Source: Blastocystis sp. Blastoise
Taxonomy: Eukaryota > Protista > Bigyra: Opalinata
Direction: 5' to 3'
Assembly: GCA_039096225.1 (NCBI GenBank)
Contig: JBBPEB010000020.1
Coordinates: forward strand, 124,001-188,000
DNA: 64,000 nt
The notes beneath the pieces are model-generated. The model ran no database searches. It saw nothing but the letters and a program-made list of their open reading frames with translations, and was not told the origin of the DNA. Positions 19,911 through 42,507 of this stretch are shown here, one piece after another (the stretch's first letter is position 1; every line of letters begins with the position of its first letter). A program made the translations under genes and the position numbers.

Positions 19911-20795
19911 ACATAATATAATATATTTAAACATATATATATATATATAATACAATAAATTAAATATAATACAATATAAACATATCTATATACATGATTT
20001 TATATCTATAAATTTCAACTCCATTAATATAAACAATAAAAGCAGCATCATGTATAATATATAAATTAAGTGAATACATCGAATTCATTATATTAGGTAA
20101 TGAAGGAGTGAATCGATAATAACGAGTAATACCATTAGTAGTAGGAAGAGAACCAGTAATAGCAGTATTCCAAGAAGAACTATCATAAGCAGGTAATGTC
20201 CATAATTGATCATTCTGTGCTATATTAGTATATAACATAGATATACCTGTTGGAATAACTAAATTAGGAATAAATGAAATTGTTTCTTTTGAATAACCAG
20301 AAGAAGTATAAGGCATATTACCCCAAAATACTTCAGCATCTTTATATAAAACCACAAAGAGACTAACAGCAGATGAAGTACCCCAACCAGTACCACTTCT
20401 ATAGTATATATAAAAATAAATAATATATATGTTTAAAAAATAATATTTAAATATATATTATTATTTAAAAGTATGTGTATAATTAAAATATTTAAACATA
20501 CGAATCAGAAAGAACAAATGTATATAATTCAGGTTTGAGACAGATATCTATAAGTTCTGTAGCATAGTTGGTTTCACCTGTAATTGTGTACTTAAGAGAT
20601 CCAACTCCTTCAGGTCCTTTCCAAATAGCAATAGACTCCTGATTTGCATTAGTCTGATATATACGCTTCAGAACAAAAGGAATCTCATCAGAGGTACAAG
20701 CAGATTCGCCAACTATAAACAATTTAAACTAACAGCACAAACGAAATACCTCTCAGAAGAGCAAGAACAAGCCAAAAAGCAATAAAATATTTCAT
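14876..20795 (-). CDS. Large type-I membrane surface protein with putative-Ig (He_PIG-like) and F5/8-C / galactose-binding-like repeats
   Basis: Signal peptide MKYFIAFWLVLALLR at 20795. Ig motifs ISPSLPEGLELDSTTGNIRG and VEPPLPKGMNIDSNTCIITG. Discoidin-like motifs PSGWEIRGSND, PSSWKLYGSND and PNDWSLMGSYD. C-terminal TM helix VILWIVLAIILLIIVIVLILCIL with a basic tail. Many 5' introns; last exon ~3.4 kb. Confidence 0.85.
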
Positions 20796-21546
20796 CTTTT
20801 ACACTTCAATGAATATAAAATTAAAATATAATTCTATTCTTTAAAACAAAAAAGAAGAAAAAAAATGAAATTGGTTAGAAATATAATGATAACTATAGAA
20901 TACAATAATTGTTTAGCGTGGAATCACAATTTTCAAGGGATTTTTTGTTTCATAAAAAAGAAAACCAATGGTTCTTAATAATTAATTGTTTCCCCACGGG
21001 GAAGAGTCACGATGACGCAAAGTGCATCATTTCTGAAACATCAAAATTCAATTACCATTTATTTACCTGCTTGAAATATTGTATACTAAGGTCGTTTATA
21101 TACAGTTTTAAATAAATAATTCAGTTTATATAAAGATTCGTGCTATTTATTGTTATTTTAAAGGAGTCAAACGAAGATACATGGGTTGGAATAAGAAAAT
21201 TCAAAGTTATTTTTTTATTTAAACAAGAATTTATATGTGCTTTGCAGTATCGGGAAATAGGAGAGTGTGGTTGTATTAAGGTGATAAATATGAGTTTTTC
21301 AGAAAGAGTTCATTGAATAATACTTTTCAAGAAACGTTGTTATAGAATGTGGTGTGTTTGTTCATGAATATACACGTTGACTACATGATTTAAACAAGAA
21401 AATAAATCGTTTAAAACAGAAATAGATTTAAATAAATGTTAATAATAAAAAGATAATCTAATTTACATGAAGATGAACTATGCTAAACAAAAAAGAAAAA
21501 CAAATTAGCATAATTAAAGATATAAGAAAAAAACTAATCATAAGAA

Positions 21547-23478
<1,932 letters not shown>

Positions 23479-24624
23479 GACAATGACCTATAAAGAAAAA
23501 CTTAGCGAATATATAAATATATTCAATCAACAAAGATATTCAGAGATCTATTTTTTATAATTTTTTATCTAATAATAAATATACATACTTGAAAAATAAA
23601 AATGTGTTTATCTTATTAAAAATGATATTCTCATAATTATCTTCCATAAATAGAGCAATTTTTACTAATTCCCATAATGAAAGCTTACTGAAATCAACTG
23701 TTTTTATTTCTATTTTTTTATTGCCCAAATAAATTTTATATCAACTTAATATACATTTATACTGTGAACTCTTATTACTATATCTTATTATTTATATACT
23801 GAATAAGTTTTTATATGCATACGACTTTTTTAAAGTTAATTGAATCCATTTATACAGGCTATTTTGCAGTAAATCAATTCTCAATGAATAACAATTTTGC
23901 TACAAAGAAAAGTCAAGAACATTTAAAATATAAAATTACCCTAAAAAACAATAATGGTCTTAATAATGGATCTGTCTATAAAATAAATATTATCAACAAA
24001 AACACATAAATTAGAAGAATTATTGCATAAATTGCTACTATCTATATGAGATATAAATGAAAATAACTAAGAAAAAGAAAAGAATTTAAAAAAATGTCAT
24101 TACTTTATATTTAGAATAACTATTAGACAAATGTAAATAAACAATAAATATTCTACATTTGTATATTAAATAGAATATAAAATAATAGATAGAAAAAATA
24201 AGTTAAAAAAAATATATATAAATAATAATAAATAAATAAAAAGACATATATAAAGAGTATAAAAAAAAAGTAATTTATTTAGTATAGAAAAAGAATCAAT
24301 AGAAATAAAGATTTGTAATTAAATAAATATGTAATAAATGTATAAATAGACGTCTGGAAAAAATAAAATAGCTTTAAAAAAAAAATGAAAAAGAATTAAG
24401 AAAAAATGAAGAAAAGAATAAACACAAAAAAAATTGAAAATTAGAAAAAAATTGTATATTATATAATAAAAAAAGAATATATATATTCAATCAGTTCAAT
24501 GTATATATATACTAAAAAAGAGAAATCATAAAAATATATAAATGTAGAAATCATATAAAAAAAGGGTATTAATAAAACAAGGAAAGAAAAAGAGAAAATA
24601 AAAGAATGATGATGATTATTATTA

Positions 24625-24749
<125 letters not shown>

Positions 24750-24780
24750 ATTATTATTATTATTATTAATATAATTATTA

Positions 24781-29458
<4,678 letters not shown>

Positions 29459-29616
29459 TCAATTGACATTTTATTAATTTAAATAAGAAAACACTTTTTT
29501 AGTTTGCTTTCTATTTTATAGTAAAACATGGGAATCGTTTATATTTCAAGTCAGAAAACATATTTTTTCATGTTAATTTCTTATTTATATTTCGATGTCT
29601 TTATAAATTACTAAAT
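29459..29616. promoter_or_regulatory. Probable bidirectional promoter
   Basis: Only 158 bp separate the divergent ATGs of the ROK-like and Asteroid-like genes. Confidence 0.5.
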
Positions 29617-30921
29617 ATGGGGATTCCCGGTTTAATGTCCTATATCTGTAGTAACTCGAAATGTTGTTCTGAAAAGAAGTATATTTATTCAATTAAATAC
29701 ATATAATGTTCATTACTATTGTTAAAGATGTTTTTCTTCGAGTGTTGATGCTGTCATTGATGGCTCAGCTTTACGTTACGCACTTTTTAATCATTTTAAC
29801 AATATTCCTAATGATGGCTGTGGTCAGATTCTTGAAGAACGTATTATTTCGTTTATAACTCGCCTTCAAGAAATGAATATTATAATAAAATATATTGTTT
29901 TTGATTCAGTGTCTGTAGATGATAAATTAAGTACTGTTCTTATTCGAAGAAATAGAAAAGTCACTCAATCGATTGCTGACTATAAAAAAATCACAAAATC
30001 TTTATGTCTAAGTGGTATACATGTTTTTATTTGATATAAAATTAAGTCTACGGTTTATTACGTTTTTTATTACCTCTAGCTGTTCCTCCAACTCTACATG
30101 ATCAGATGAATTCTATTTTTTATAAACTTCGCCATTATTTCTCTACAGAAATTTATGTTATTAATTCTGTTTTAGATGCCGATCAGTATATACTTTAAAA
30201 TCAATATGTTTTTTAATATATATTGAAATAAATAAATTTTAAAAAAATAAACTTTTTTTTTAAACATATATAGACAAATATCAAGTATTGCTTATCATCA
30301 TAACTGTGTTGTATTAAGTAATGATAGTGATATGTTTCTGTATAACTCCCCAGGAGTTATTTTATTAAAAGATCTTGATTTTCTATTCTCAAAAAATTAT
30401 ACGAAGAATTGTATATACATATGTTTATTTTATATTGATTATGATGAAAATGTAAAATGCTTATTTATTCATTTTATATTTATGATGATATAATATAATA
30501 TATATATATAGTAAAAGTACCTATTCAAATATATAAATTTGATTTAATTTCTTCCTTTTTAAAATTAGATCCCTCACAAATTCCGTTCTTTTCTGTTTTA
30601 GCGGGAGCAGATAACTGTAAAATTCATGGAATTAATTCTTATGGTATATATATATATATATTCTTTTTTTATCTATAAATATATATATATATATTTATAT
30701 TATAGATTTAAAATATTCATTATCATTAATTCATGATTTCCACGGGGATATCTCAGAAATACTTCCAAAAGTAAAAGATATTCTTGAAAAAAGAACAGAT
30801 AGTGAACTTATTAATGATGTATATATATATAGATTTTATATGTATAGATTATGTATATTATAGATTTTATCATTAGATATATTATATATATATATATATT
30901 ATAGATTTTCATTAGATACAT

Positions 30922-30953
<32 letters not shown>

Positions 30954-31582
30954 ATTTTATAGATTTTCATTAGATACATTATATATATATATATATACTT
31001 TATATATATTATAGATTTTATCATTAGATACGTTATATGATTCTTCGTCAACTTCTTCATCGTTATATTCTCCATTCTCAACATATATACATGATTATTA
31101 TGAAAATATTGAAATTATTGAAAATGAAAAAAGTATGCATAAATAATATTACATTATATAATATAATACTATATAAATAATATAATATTATATATATTGA
31201 TAGACCTAAATGATATCTATATACTCATGAATAATGGGGGTCTCCCTCTTTCTCTACTTTCTCTTTTTCTCACGGGAATTATCAATACTCAAGATCCACG
31301 ATTCTCTACTATGAAATTATATAATACCTTTGAAGGAATTATTTTTCCATTATGGAAACAATTTATAGAAAAATTTTTAACAGATGTCCGTTCTATATAT
31401 AAATTTATATATATGGATAAAATTCTTGATATTCCCACGAATAATATGAATAATAATCCTATTCAATTCTTACTGAAAATGGCTGAAAATTATACTCAGC
31501 CTCTTTCAGTCTCTTTCAATTCATTCTTATCGCTATTTCCTATTACACTTCCTTTGCATTTATTCTCTTTTACAGAACAAGG

Positions 31583-31614
<32 letters not shown>

Positions 31615-32525
31615 TATTAATATTGTTCGTATTTAACTATATTCATTATATATATCTATATCAATTTTTTTTACAAAAAATAGATAATTATTCAAATACT
31701 ACTGATATTTTGTTTGAGAATAACTACGGGAATAATATAAATGACATTCATATTCATCCTCTTCTTATTATTTGCTTATTGTATGTATTATAAATATATA
31801 TACATTATATATACATATATATATATATATATATAATTTATCAAATAGAATAATAAAGAAATCCATGCCTACATTCCCACGGTTATTGTATAATTCAATT
31901 ATTTTTTCAATATACTCAAATCACAAACATGGTATATTGATTATATATATATATATTTATTTAATATATATATATATTAGTGTTTATATATATAATATTT
32001 CTATATATATATTTATTTACTATATATATATATATTAGTGTTTATATATATAATATTTCTATATATATATTTATTTACTATATATATAGAGAAAGATAAA
32101 TGTGTTGTTAATGCTTCAATTTTTGAATATATAGAAATGTTTAGAGTATATATATATTTATGTAATGAATATATATATACTTTATTATTTATATATATAG
32201 TATCTTTTCAACAGTCTTCATCCTATGTGCTCGTTTTTCATTAATACATCTCAATATAACTATGTATATATATATATATATATAATATCTTATATATATA
32301 TATATATATAACATGAAATTATAGATAATATCATTATATATTTATCATAACACACTATAGAATACATTAAATATATAGGATATATGTTATAATTATATAT
32401 ATCATTTATATACATGTTCTGAGCAACAATATGAAAAATGCCCATTGTTTAATTGCTACAAAGGAACCAAAGAAGAGTGTATCTCGAATATTCAATACTT
32501 AGAAAATCTATATACAAAATTGTAA
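29617..32525 (+). CDS. Asteroid/XPG-like PIN-domain nuclease family protein (multi-exon)
   Basis: MGIPGLMSYI start; motifs VIDGSALRY, IVFDSVS, DADQ, CVVLSNDSDMFLY and IPFFSVLAGADN match the XPG N/I and H3TH motifs of Asteroid homologs. 3' end approximate. Confidence 0.75.
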
Positions 32526-32887
32526 TGTGGTCATTGTGTCGATAATAACATTGGTTTTGTATTATATATTCTTAATACATTATTAGGTATTTCTACAATT
32601 CACTCGTTTTTTTCTCGATTATGACTCGTTTTTAAATTTTTATGTGTAAATTATTATCAGTTTAAACATTCATATATGTTAACTTTTTTTCATTTGTTTG
32701 TTTTTTCATGAATGAAAAGTGTTCTATATTGTAAAAATCAAAGAAACTTTTTAAAATTCGAACATGATTCTTTGTCGAATACAGAATATTACAAAAACAT
32801 TTGCTATTTTTTATAAGTATACGTAGAGAAAGAGACACATATCATAAAAAATATAAAAAAATATAAAAAGTATCAAATTAATAATAT

Positions 32888-34200
<1,313 letters not shown>

Positions 34201-34444
34201 TAATATTAATAATTAAATAGAATTTTGAAGCTATATTCATATATTGTATTTTTTTTTCGCCATTCACCATTTTCTTCAAAACAAAAATATATATATTAAA
34301 GCATACCTTTCGCTGTCATCAATAGTCTTAAACATTAAGACGTTTTCTTTACCTGTATTACTTTAAGCGTTAAAGAAATATTTAAAAAAAATATTCTAGA
34401 AAAACGAGTCATAATCGAGAAAAAAACGAGTGAATTGTAGATCT

Positions 34445-35482
34445 CTTCTGTTTTAATCAAGAAGATTCTTTATTAATACATCTTTTGGATATTCAAGCAG
34501 ATATTATCAATAATTCAAAATAAAGAAATGTCATAGATCAAAAGAGAATTAAATATGTTAGAAACAAAATGTACTATATTTATGCTCATTTATGATCTAA
34601 AATTACCAGAAGAGTTCATTACTAGTCAGCTTCATTATAGTATCCATCTTTTTCAGTCAATAGAAAACATACGTAGTCTTCAGTATTGTAGTACATGGAA
34701 TTCAAAGATACTACTCGAAGATTAAGAGAGCAACATTGGGGGGACTAAATTTTATCAAATCAGCCATGTTGGGTGTATCTCAAAACTAAATAGTAGATAT
34801 AACTGCTACTTCAAGCATCAGTGATTTCTTAAACAATTGTAGAACAGATAATATAGAATCAAATAATTTCAATAGGAATATAAATACTAACAATCAAGGT
34901 GATAATGGTTTTAATAATATTCAAATAAATGAAATAGTAGGACAATCATTGGAGCAATTCAAAGAAGTTATATATAACAATGACTCTTTCCATAAATATA
35001 TTCAATTAGAGGAATTTGAGGAGTAGATGAATGTAATACTAATAATATTATTACTCCTTCATTGTTGGTTAATATTATGGGAATTAATAATGATCATTTA
35101 AATAGTATACTATTTAATTGTATTGATATTCATAATTTGACAGTAGACCAAAGAATTGATCTGCTAAATAGTCCATATATGTTTTATTAAATAATGAAAA
35201 ATGCCGAAAACCTAAATATATTTTCCTACTAAGAAATAATGATAAATAATGAACTATTGTTTACAGTAACAGATGAAGATGAAGGAATAGAACAGTTAGA
35301 TAATTCATATTTAATGTATTATGAAAAACAAAATAATATATTAAAGGCTCATTTAATCAAATCATTATTATATATTCAAATAGAAGATATGCTTCTAATA
35401 AAAGTGCACAAATATCCAGAAGCAGAAATATCAAAGAGTGGATTATTTTTCAAAATAAATAATTCTAATCAATTGTATGCTA
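34445..35482 (+). pseudogene. Degenerate fragment of CMC/EnSpm-type transposase (paralog of 49060-50100)
   Basis: LLDIQADII, LPEEFITSQLH, LQYCSTW and DEGIEQLDNSYLMYYE...IQIED...YPEAE..KSGLFFKI align to ORF 49093..50340. Multiple stops and frameshifts. Confidence 0.85.
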
Positions 35483-35484
35483 TA

Positions 35485-36119
35485 AAGTACCTGTACCAAG
35501 TGACCTCCTGTACCAAAGTGACCAGTTTTGAAAATTTTAGTGTTCCCATGGAAATCTACGTTTTTAAAATAAAACAGCACATTATTTCCATGAATATTGT
35601 TTTTTTTAAATATATTTTTTATTTATTATTTAAAAAGCTATTTTAATACTAGTTACATGAATCAGTCACTCCCCTGAGTTCTATGTTTGTTTCAACCATG
35701 TGGTAATTGTCACAAAAAACTGTGACTAAATATTTTTTAAACATTTTTTTTAAATTTTAAAAATTCAATCTAGTTTTATTTGACTGAGTGTAACAGTCAT
35801 TCATTGTCATAACAACTGTCAAGAAAGTGAGGGATGGATCTGATACGTTTATAATTTAATACTAGTTAAACTTCCATTTTTTATTATTATTCATTTTCAT
35901 TATACTTCATATAAAAAAAAACCAAAATACATATCTTTTATAAACGAGAATAAAAAAATTAAGAAAAATAATAAAATAATAAAAAAATATTTATAAAAAA
36001 AAACAATATTCATGAAAATATTATGTTATTGAACTTTAAAAACGTAAATTCTCATGGAAATACAAGCATTTTCAAAAAGTGTCACTTTGGTGCAGAAGGT
36101 TACTTTGGTTTAGGTACTT
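35485..36119. mobile_element. MITE with ~140-bp imperfect TIRs, TA-flanked (Tc1/mariner-like)
   Basis: Left end AAGTACCTGTACCAAGTGACCTCCTGTACCAAAGTGAC...CATGAATATTGTTT is mirrored by AAACAATATTCATG...GTCACTTTGGTGCAGAAGGTTACTTTGGTTTAGGTACTT. TA lies on both sides. Confidence 0.8.
35663..35842. mobile_element. Diverged copy of the hAT-type MITE at 44935, nested in the larger MITE
   Basis: CAGTCACTCCCCTG...CCATGTGGTAATTGTCACAAAA..TGACTAAATATTT resembles the reverse complement of 44935-45115. Confidence 0.55.
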
Positions 36120-36978
36120 TATTTTTAGAATTGAATCCTCTATAGTATTATTTAAGTAATTTGTTTTCAATGCACAAGCTATAAACAACATGATAATCAT
36201 TTATAAAGTAATATATATGTGAGTAATTGATACTGATTTTTGACAATATTGTTGATGTAATAGAATTCACCTGTGTACATATCTCATTACATACATTAAT
36301 AGCATCATCAGGTTCTGTAACCATTTTGCGCTTGGTTGGAGCAGAATCTTGAGTCAAACATTTTCTTAGATGAATAAAACCTATATAGCATAACAACAAA
36401 AGCCAATAGCAATATTATTTTCAAATATTTCGTTTCCTCGTTCCATTTCTAAAGTATAAATAACAAAATAAAATGCTAAAAAAATAATAATCTACTAAAA
36501 ATTGAATCTTTTTCTGAGTTTTATTTTGAAAATATATTCATTAATTTTCTTAATGATATGTTTGAATAACGATATCACGTACATAATGGATACAAGACAA
36601 CGAACACGAAAAAGAAAAACATCAAGTATTTCAGAATTGCTTTTCTTTCAGTTTAATAATCATCATTACTATATATATGAGAATAGGCAAAAAAATTCTC
36701 ATTGGTCAGTTTTTGGAAAATGCATTTGATTGGCTAATGTATACTATAGTTTGTGGACACCTCTCCTCTAAACTTACGGGGAGTTAACTTTTGGTTGAAA
36801 CACAGTTCAATACAATATAACGTGTAGTTTTGCAACATATATTTGGTTAAGCGATATTATTTATAATTAAAAAGTTATTAATAAAAGAACAGAAAACATG
36901 ATTTTTGAGTCGTTTTTGATTGGCTCTTTGGGATCATCCCGATAAAAATTGTTGACCAGACAATTGAAAAATGAACAT

Positions 36979-38922
36979 GGGGTAAACTTGATTTTTTCTC
37001 AATCCCACAATATACGTTATCCGTGTTTATTCTTTATATTTATCTATTTTTTAATACTTTTTCATATTGAACACGTGAGGCCTTAACGGTCAAATTTAGA
37101 TTCTTATTTTGACATCATATTCTGATTCAGGAGGTCCAAAAACCTAGGTGTACCAATTTTGAGCTCCTGAGGACGATTTTTGAGTGATCGATATTTTCTT
37201 TGATCTTCTTATAAGGAATCATATTCAACTGATTAATCAGATATATTCAGATTAAATCAGAAACAAGAATATCGAGTCAGACTATATTTAAATTATCAGA
37301 ATTATTTATCATATCATTGCGAAAAATAAGAAATAATTACGATAATAGTGGATTATATGATATCAAACTATTAACATCTAAGAATATTCGATCAGTATGT
37401 ATTATACACATCATTTGCTTGCTAAAAAAATAAAATTATCATATGCGACTGATAACGTCTATCACAAATTGATCTGCGTCATTTTTTATTTGATTGTACA
37501 TATCACATACGTATTGTACTTTTCTAATTACGCGCACTATTTCTATTGATAAAGTATGAATGTTTTTCTTTTAGTCATTACGTATGTATATTATGTATTT
37601 ATTTGCACTAATAAAAAAACTAATACGTCTCACAAAACATTAAAACAATATCTATTTACAAAAGAAATTTATATTTACAATAAAAATGAGTTTGATTGAT
37701 TCGTTTTCTTGTGACATAGAAGAGGAAATAGATAGGGAAGTGGAGGACAATTGCTTAGATCATGATATAACTGTTAATGATCCAGATGAGCAATCATTCT
37801 ACCCTGAATCATTTCAAAGACTCTTAAGTGACTCTTCTTGTAAACAATTGCTGGGTTTTTCTCGTTCAAGATGCGAAATGATAATATAAGATGGTATTTT
37901 TTGTTCAATAATATTATATTTCTCTTATTATACTATTTTTCTAGCAATGTTTAACTTTTAAGGAAACAGAAAAGGTTCGTTGTCTCAAAATAAGTCAATT
38001 TTTTTGGCTTTGGTTTATATAAGAAGATGTTGTACTATTGGAGAATTGGCTACTAAGGTTCATGAAAAACGTAATATCGTTAGAACTGCCGTCTTAAAGG
38101 GAATAGATGCCATAGCAGCTTGCTATGTACCGTTTTGTACAACATTAGGTTGTCCAAAGCTTTCATCTAAGATTAGCGAAGCAGAAAAGCAGCGCCTATC
38201 AGAGCAAGGACAATCTTCACGCTTTATAATCGATGGACGTCATCAACGTATCGCTGCTGTATCGTCTTCATTTGCCCAACGTCGTAAGTTTTTTCCCACA
38301 AATTTCATAGCCCTGGAATGTCAGCTCAATATATTATCAATCATGAGGGTCTATGTATATATGTTTCTCCTTCCCTTCCTGCATCAAACAGCGATATATC
38401 CATGTTTAGATTGAATAAGCACGCAATAATGGCTGGATTAAATGAAATGCTTACTAACATAGGAGATACATTAAGTTCTGTTTATATATTAGCTGATAAA
38501 GGTTATCATTTTGAATCGGATCCTGAACTCTTGACACTTCCTAATGGCGTTAATGATATAACGTTTAATAAGTATAGAATTCTTATAGAAAACTATTTTG
38601 GAAGGATGACTAGAGTATTTCAAGCAGCTTGAGAACCATTTGGCCTTGCTGAAGAACGTTTTGATTCCTTTAATAAAGCCCTTACCCATTTGACAAATCT
38701 GTCCATAATGGATTCACCTTTACGATCAGAGGAATTTAAAGTTCTTTAGTGTCACTATGATAAGATTGAACTTATGCATCGCAACAAAGCTGAAAGACAT
38801 AAGGAAGAGCAAAGAAAGTATCAGCAACGATTTAATGCATCTATCTCTAATAATCAATATAAATTTCCATATTATATATATTGTTTTGTTAATTATATAA
38901 CACTCTCCATTCAAGTAAACCC
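36979..38922 (+). mobile_element. Possible boundaries of the Harbinger/ISL2EU element
   Basis: AT|GGGGTAAACTTGA at left versus TCAAGTAAACCC|AT at right: a short imperfect TIR with AT flanks. Confidence 0.35.
37686..38850 (+). pseudogene. PIF/Harbinger-ISL2EU (DDE_Tnp_4) transposase, disrupted
   Basis: Motifs FIIDGRHQRI, ASNSDISMF, YILADKGY and YRILIENYFGRM; one intron (~37892-37944). One-base frameshift in the T-run near 38290; in-frame TGA at 38630 and TAG at 38747. Confidence 0.85.
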
Positions 38923-40559
38923 ATATTTAAACCATTAAAGACTGATCCTTATGATACAATATGTTGTGACTATATAATAATAATAACTCCCAGTAAAGAA
39001 CAAAACAAGAAGGTACATTAATATTATAATACAAGACAAAGAATAGAAACATAAACATAATAGCAGTTATTAACTTCAGTCATCTATATATAGTAGTCAA
39101 GAAGCATATCCTATTATAATATATATAAAATATAAGTAATTAATAAAATACATACTGTTGTTATTTAGTAGTATGTGTATTGGTCAGGACTATTTGAGAC
39201 CACGATATATCATACATATAGGAGTAATACTATATATCTATATATAATATAAGAGGATGTGTACATAAATACAGTCCAAGGACTGACAGTGGGGCTTTGA
39301 AACTTTGTCCCCTGCTAGAGTTTCTTTTGAAACGAATTATCTTTTTTTAACTGAGTCAAAATATTGCTTATATCCAGAGATATAGCTATTTAAAAATTAC
39401 ATAGAATTCCACTGTTTCCACTGATCATATCAGTAAATACTAAAAAAACAATATAAACTGACGTCATCATTTTATTCTATTGGTGCTTTTTATGTAAATA
39501 TCCAATGATGCAATTGACACATACAACTCACATCATCCACGTCATATAAATTAAATAGATATCATTTGCTAAAAATCAAAATGATCCAATCATTCTATAT
39601 CAAGAAATTTGTCACTTATAATGGTTTCTATTGTCATTGAGTTGATAATTCTAAAATTACCATGAATATTTATACATAATTAATCAGATAAAATAAGTTC
39701 CTTAAAGTCTCATATTATACATGTATTCAGTAATTGAATGTTAATTTGTAAAATAACTCATCAAAGTATCTTTACATCAGCCAATCTGTTTGTTAATTGT
39801 CTTTTTAAAAACAATATTTACAAATAATATGTCTAAAGTCTTAATATACACCAGTGGGCACGATTTTCTTGTTTAGACCGGGTTTGAGCTCTGTTTAGAC
39901 CGAAAATTTTTAAAAAGCGTTCTAAAAATGTTTTTGGATCGGTAAAAAAGTTTTGGATCGAAAAAAAGAATTTATTGTCAGTATTAATTGAATAAAAAAT
40001 GAGTTCGAAATTTTAAATGGCTCTATCTCACTTATATTCATTGATTTTCATTAGTTACACGTTTTTATATACTCCAAATGAGTAGTAGAAACTTTATATG
40101 ATGCCAATATATAATATGTTCAACCTTAATTATTGTCATTTTCATTAAAGCCATGTTATTTGTTAAAGTTAATTGAATGCTAATCTTAGCACGTAGCCTA
40201 TGCAATATCAACATAAAAAAGTAGAATTCGTAAAGAATTTTTTTTCCGATTCTTAGAATTGACTCTTAATTCAATAAGCTTTATTCTATTCAACTTTAGT
40301 CGATCAATGTATCATGAAGACATGACTAATATACATTATTACAATATATTTTTATCAAAACAATTTGTAATCAGTAATCTACTTTTTAGTACTTTTAGAA
40401 TTTCAACAACTTTATATAATTAAATAGTCCATAACTTAATAATGTAATAAAAGGTGTTTACAAATCAATAAATAATATCTAAATAGAAAAAATATATATA
40501 ATAATGAAATAAAAAAGTTTATTATTTTTTCTTATAACACTTTTTTATTATTCTTTTTT

Positions 40560-42098
40560 TTTATGTTTTTCTTTCTTTCTTTTGTGGCAGGTTTTCTTTT
40601 CTTTATAATAGACTTTTGTTTCTTTTCAGGCTCTTTTGGAATAGATGCTATTTCTAAGTATTATATTAAGTATAAAATGAACAAAAAGTAATTATGATAT
40701 TATTATATACCATCATAAGATTCAAGATCCAATGATAAATCTTCTGTTTCTTTATTTTCTTCATTTTCCTCTTCTTCATTAGAATAGCTTGAATCTATGG
40801 CGCGATTTGAACTATTATCTCTAACTTCAGTTTCTAAATTCTCGTTCAAAGTCATTTGTTGTGGAATCTGGTATTACTAGCTTGACTATCGTTTCCCAAA
40901 ACAATTATTTCTTGTTGAACTTTATCACATTCATGTTCTACATCTAAAAATGGAAATATTTTTGATGGATTTTCACTATATATATAAAATTTTATACATG
41001 TAGTCTATTTAGAATTGTATGAAATAAGTATATATTTATAAAGAAATACATATAATATATAAAGCAATATATATATATAAAGAAATATATATATATATAG
41101 TAATAAATAATAAAATATATTATATACCAAAATGTAAAAAAAAGACTTGCAAATAATATAGATATATTATTATTTTCATAATCTCCATCATCTAAGGTGT
41201 AAAAATGATATTTATTCTGTTTATTTTTTATTTTAATAGCAGATATTTTTTCATTTTTATATTTACAATTAAATTCTTTCATGTATGGTGCTTTTTCTAA
41301 GCCTTTGCTTAAAAACAAATCATTATTATTTATCTCCTATATATTATAATATATAATTTCCATAGTATTTTTAGAATTATTTATAAATGTATTAAATTAA
41401 AATAATATAATTACTTTAAATCCTAAAAGCTTATGTAGATGATTATTCTTTCTTTTGCCATTAAAATTTGCCTTAACTAGTTTATTAATTGCAACGAAAT
41501 CTTAACTTTCATTTATCAGAGCAGGGATTTCTTGCAATAAAACTTGACAGACGAATAAATTCTTTATTATTATTCTCAATTGTTTTATATTGCATTTTAC
41601 CACTTTTTCCTTCTAATGAAAACATGAATGCAAAATTGGATCGTATGATTACTGGCATAAATTCACATATTTTATTACAAAGCATCTATATATATATAGT
41701 AATTTAAACTAAATACTTAAATACCTCAACATTTTTTTGGAACGTATTTATCCATAACTTTTCCAGTTCTTGTGAAAATTATTTTGCTTATTACCTCTTC
41801 TAGAATGACGTTTGTAGAATTAGTTTTCAAATTATTTCCTAAATAAAAATAAAAAGTTAAAATGAAAATATACTTTTATATTCAGAGTTAACTTTAAAAA
41901 CAATATTCGATACTATATTCCCAACTTCCCTTTGTATTTCTTTACAAATACTGATAATATCTTTTGAGTTTGAAGGTAAATCTTTTGTTTTATTTCTCGG
42001 AGCTGCACAACACACTTTCTAAGAGGTAAGAAATCTATAAAGAATAACAAATAAAAGTGAGTAGCATACTACCACTAAACCCTTGTTGAGAATCCATT
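40560..42098 (-). pseudogene. Degenerate multi-exon gene of unknown function, probably transposon-associated
   Basis: Protein-like exon fragments (MDSQQGFSG; KVCCAAPRNKTKDLPSNSKDIISICKEIQ; LFLSKGLEKAPYMKEF; acidic then basic C-terminus) separated by GT-AG introns, with internal stops. Confidence 0.4.
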
Positions 42099-42507
42099 CT
42101 TGTTGGTAAAAGAAAAAAGTACTAAAAAGTCTACTCGTTTTTTTTTTACTGATTCTTATTATTTTATTTGATTATATTATTCTTGATTTTAAAAATACAT
42201 TAGAATCACTTATAATAATGAAAGAAAATAGTATACAGTTCTTTGCAAAATATAAGAATGTGGTTTGCAAAATACTTTCTCTTAAAAATTGAAAATTTTC
42301 ATGTTATTTAAAACTTGTAAAAACTTTCTTTGTAAAAATAAATATTGCAAAATACTTTCTTATACAAATAAAATATTGAAAAATACTTTCTTCAAAGACA
42401 AAAATTTTTTTCATGGAAATTATTATATGTCAAAATACTTTCTTTTTTTTGCAAATTACTTTCTTTTAAAAATATTTATTTATTATTGTAAATTTAAATT
42501 TTTTTGA

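Noticed and set aside
36148-36447. Short minus-strand coding-like fragment (GFIHLRKCLTQDSAPTKRKMVTEPD)
   Set aside because: Too short, with no recognisable motif to support a call.
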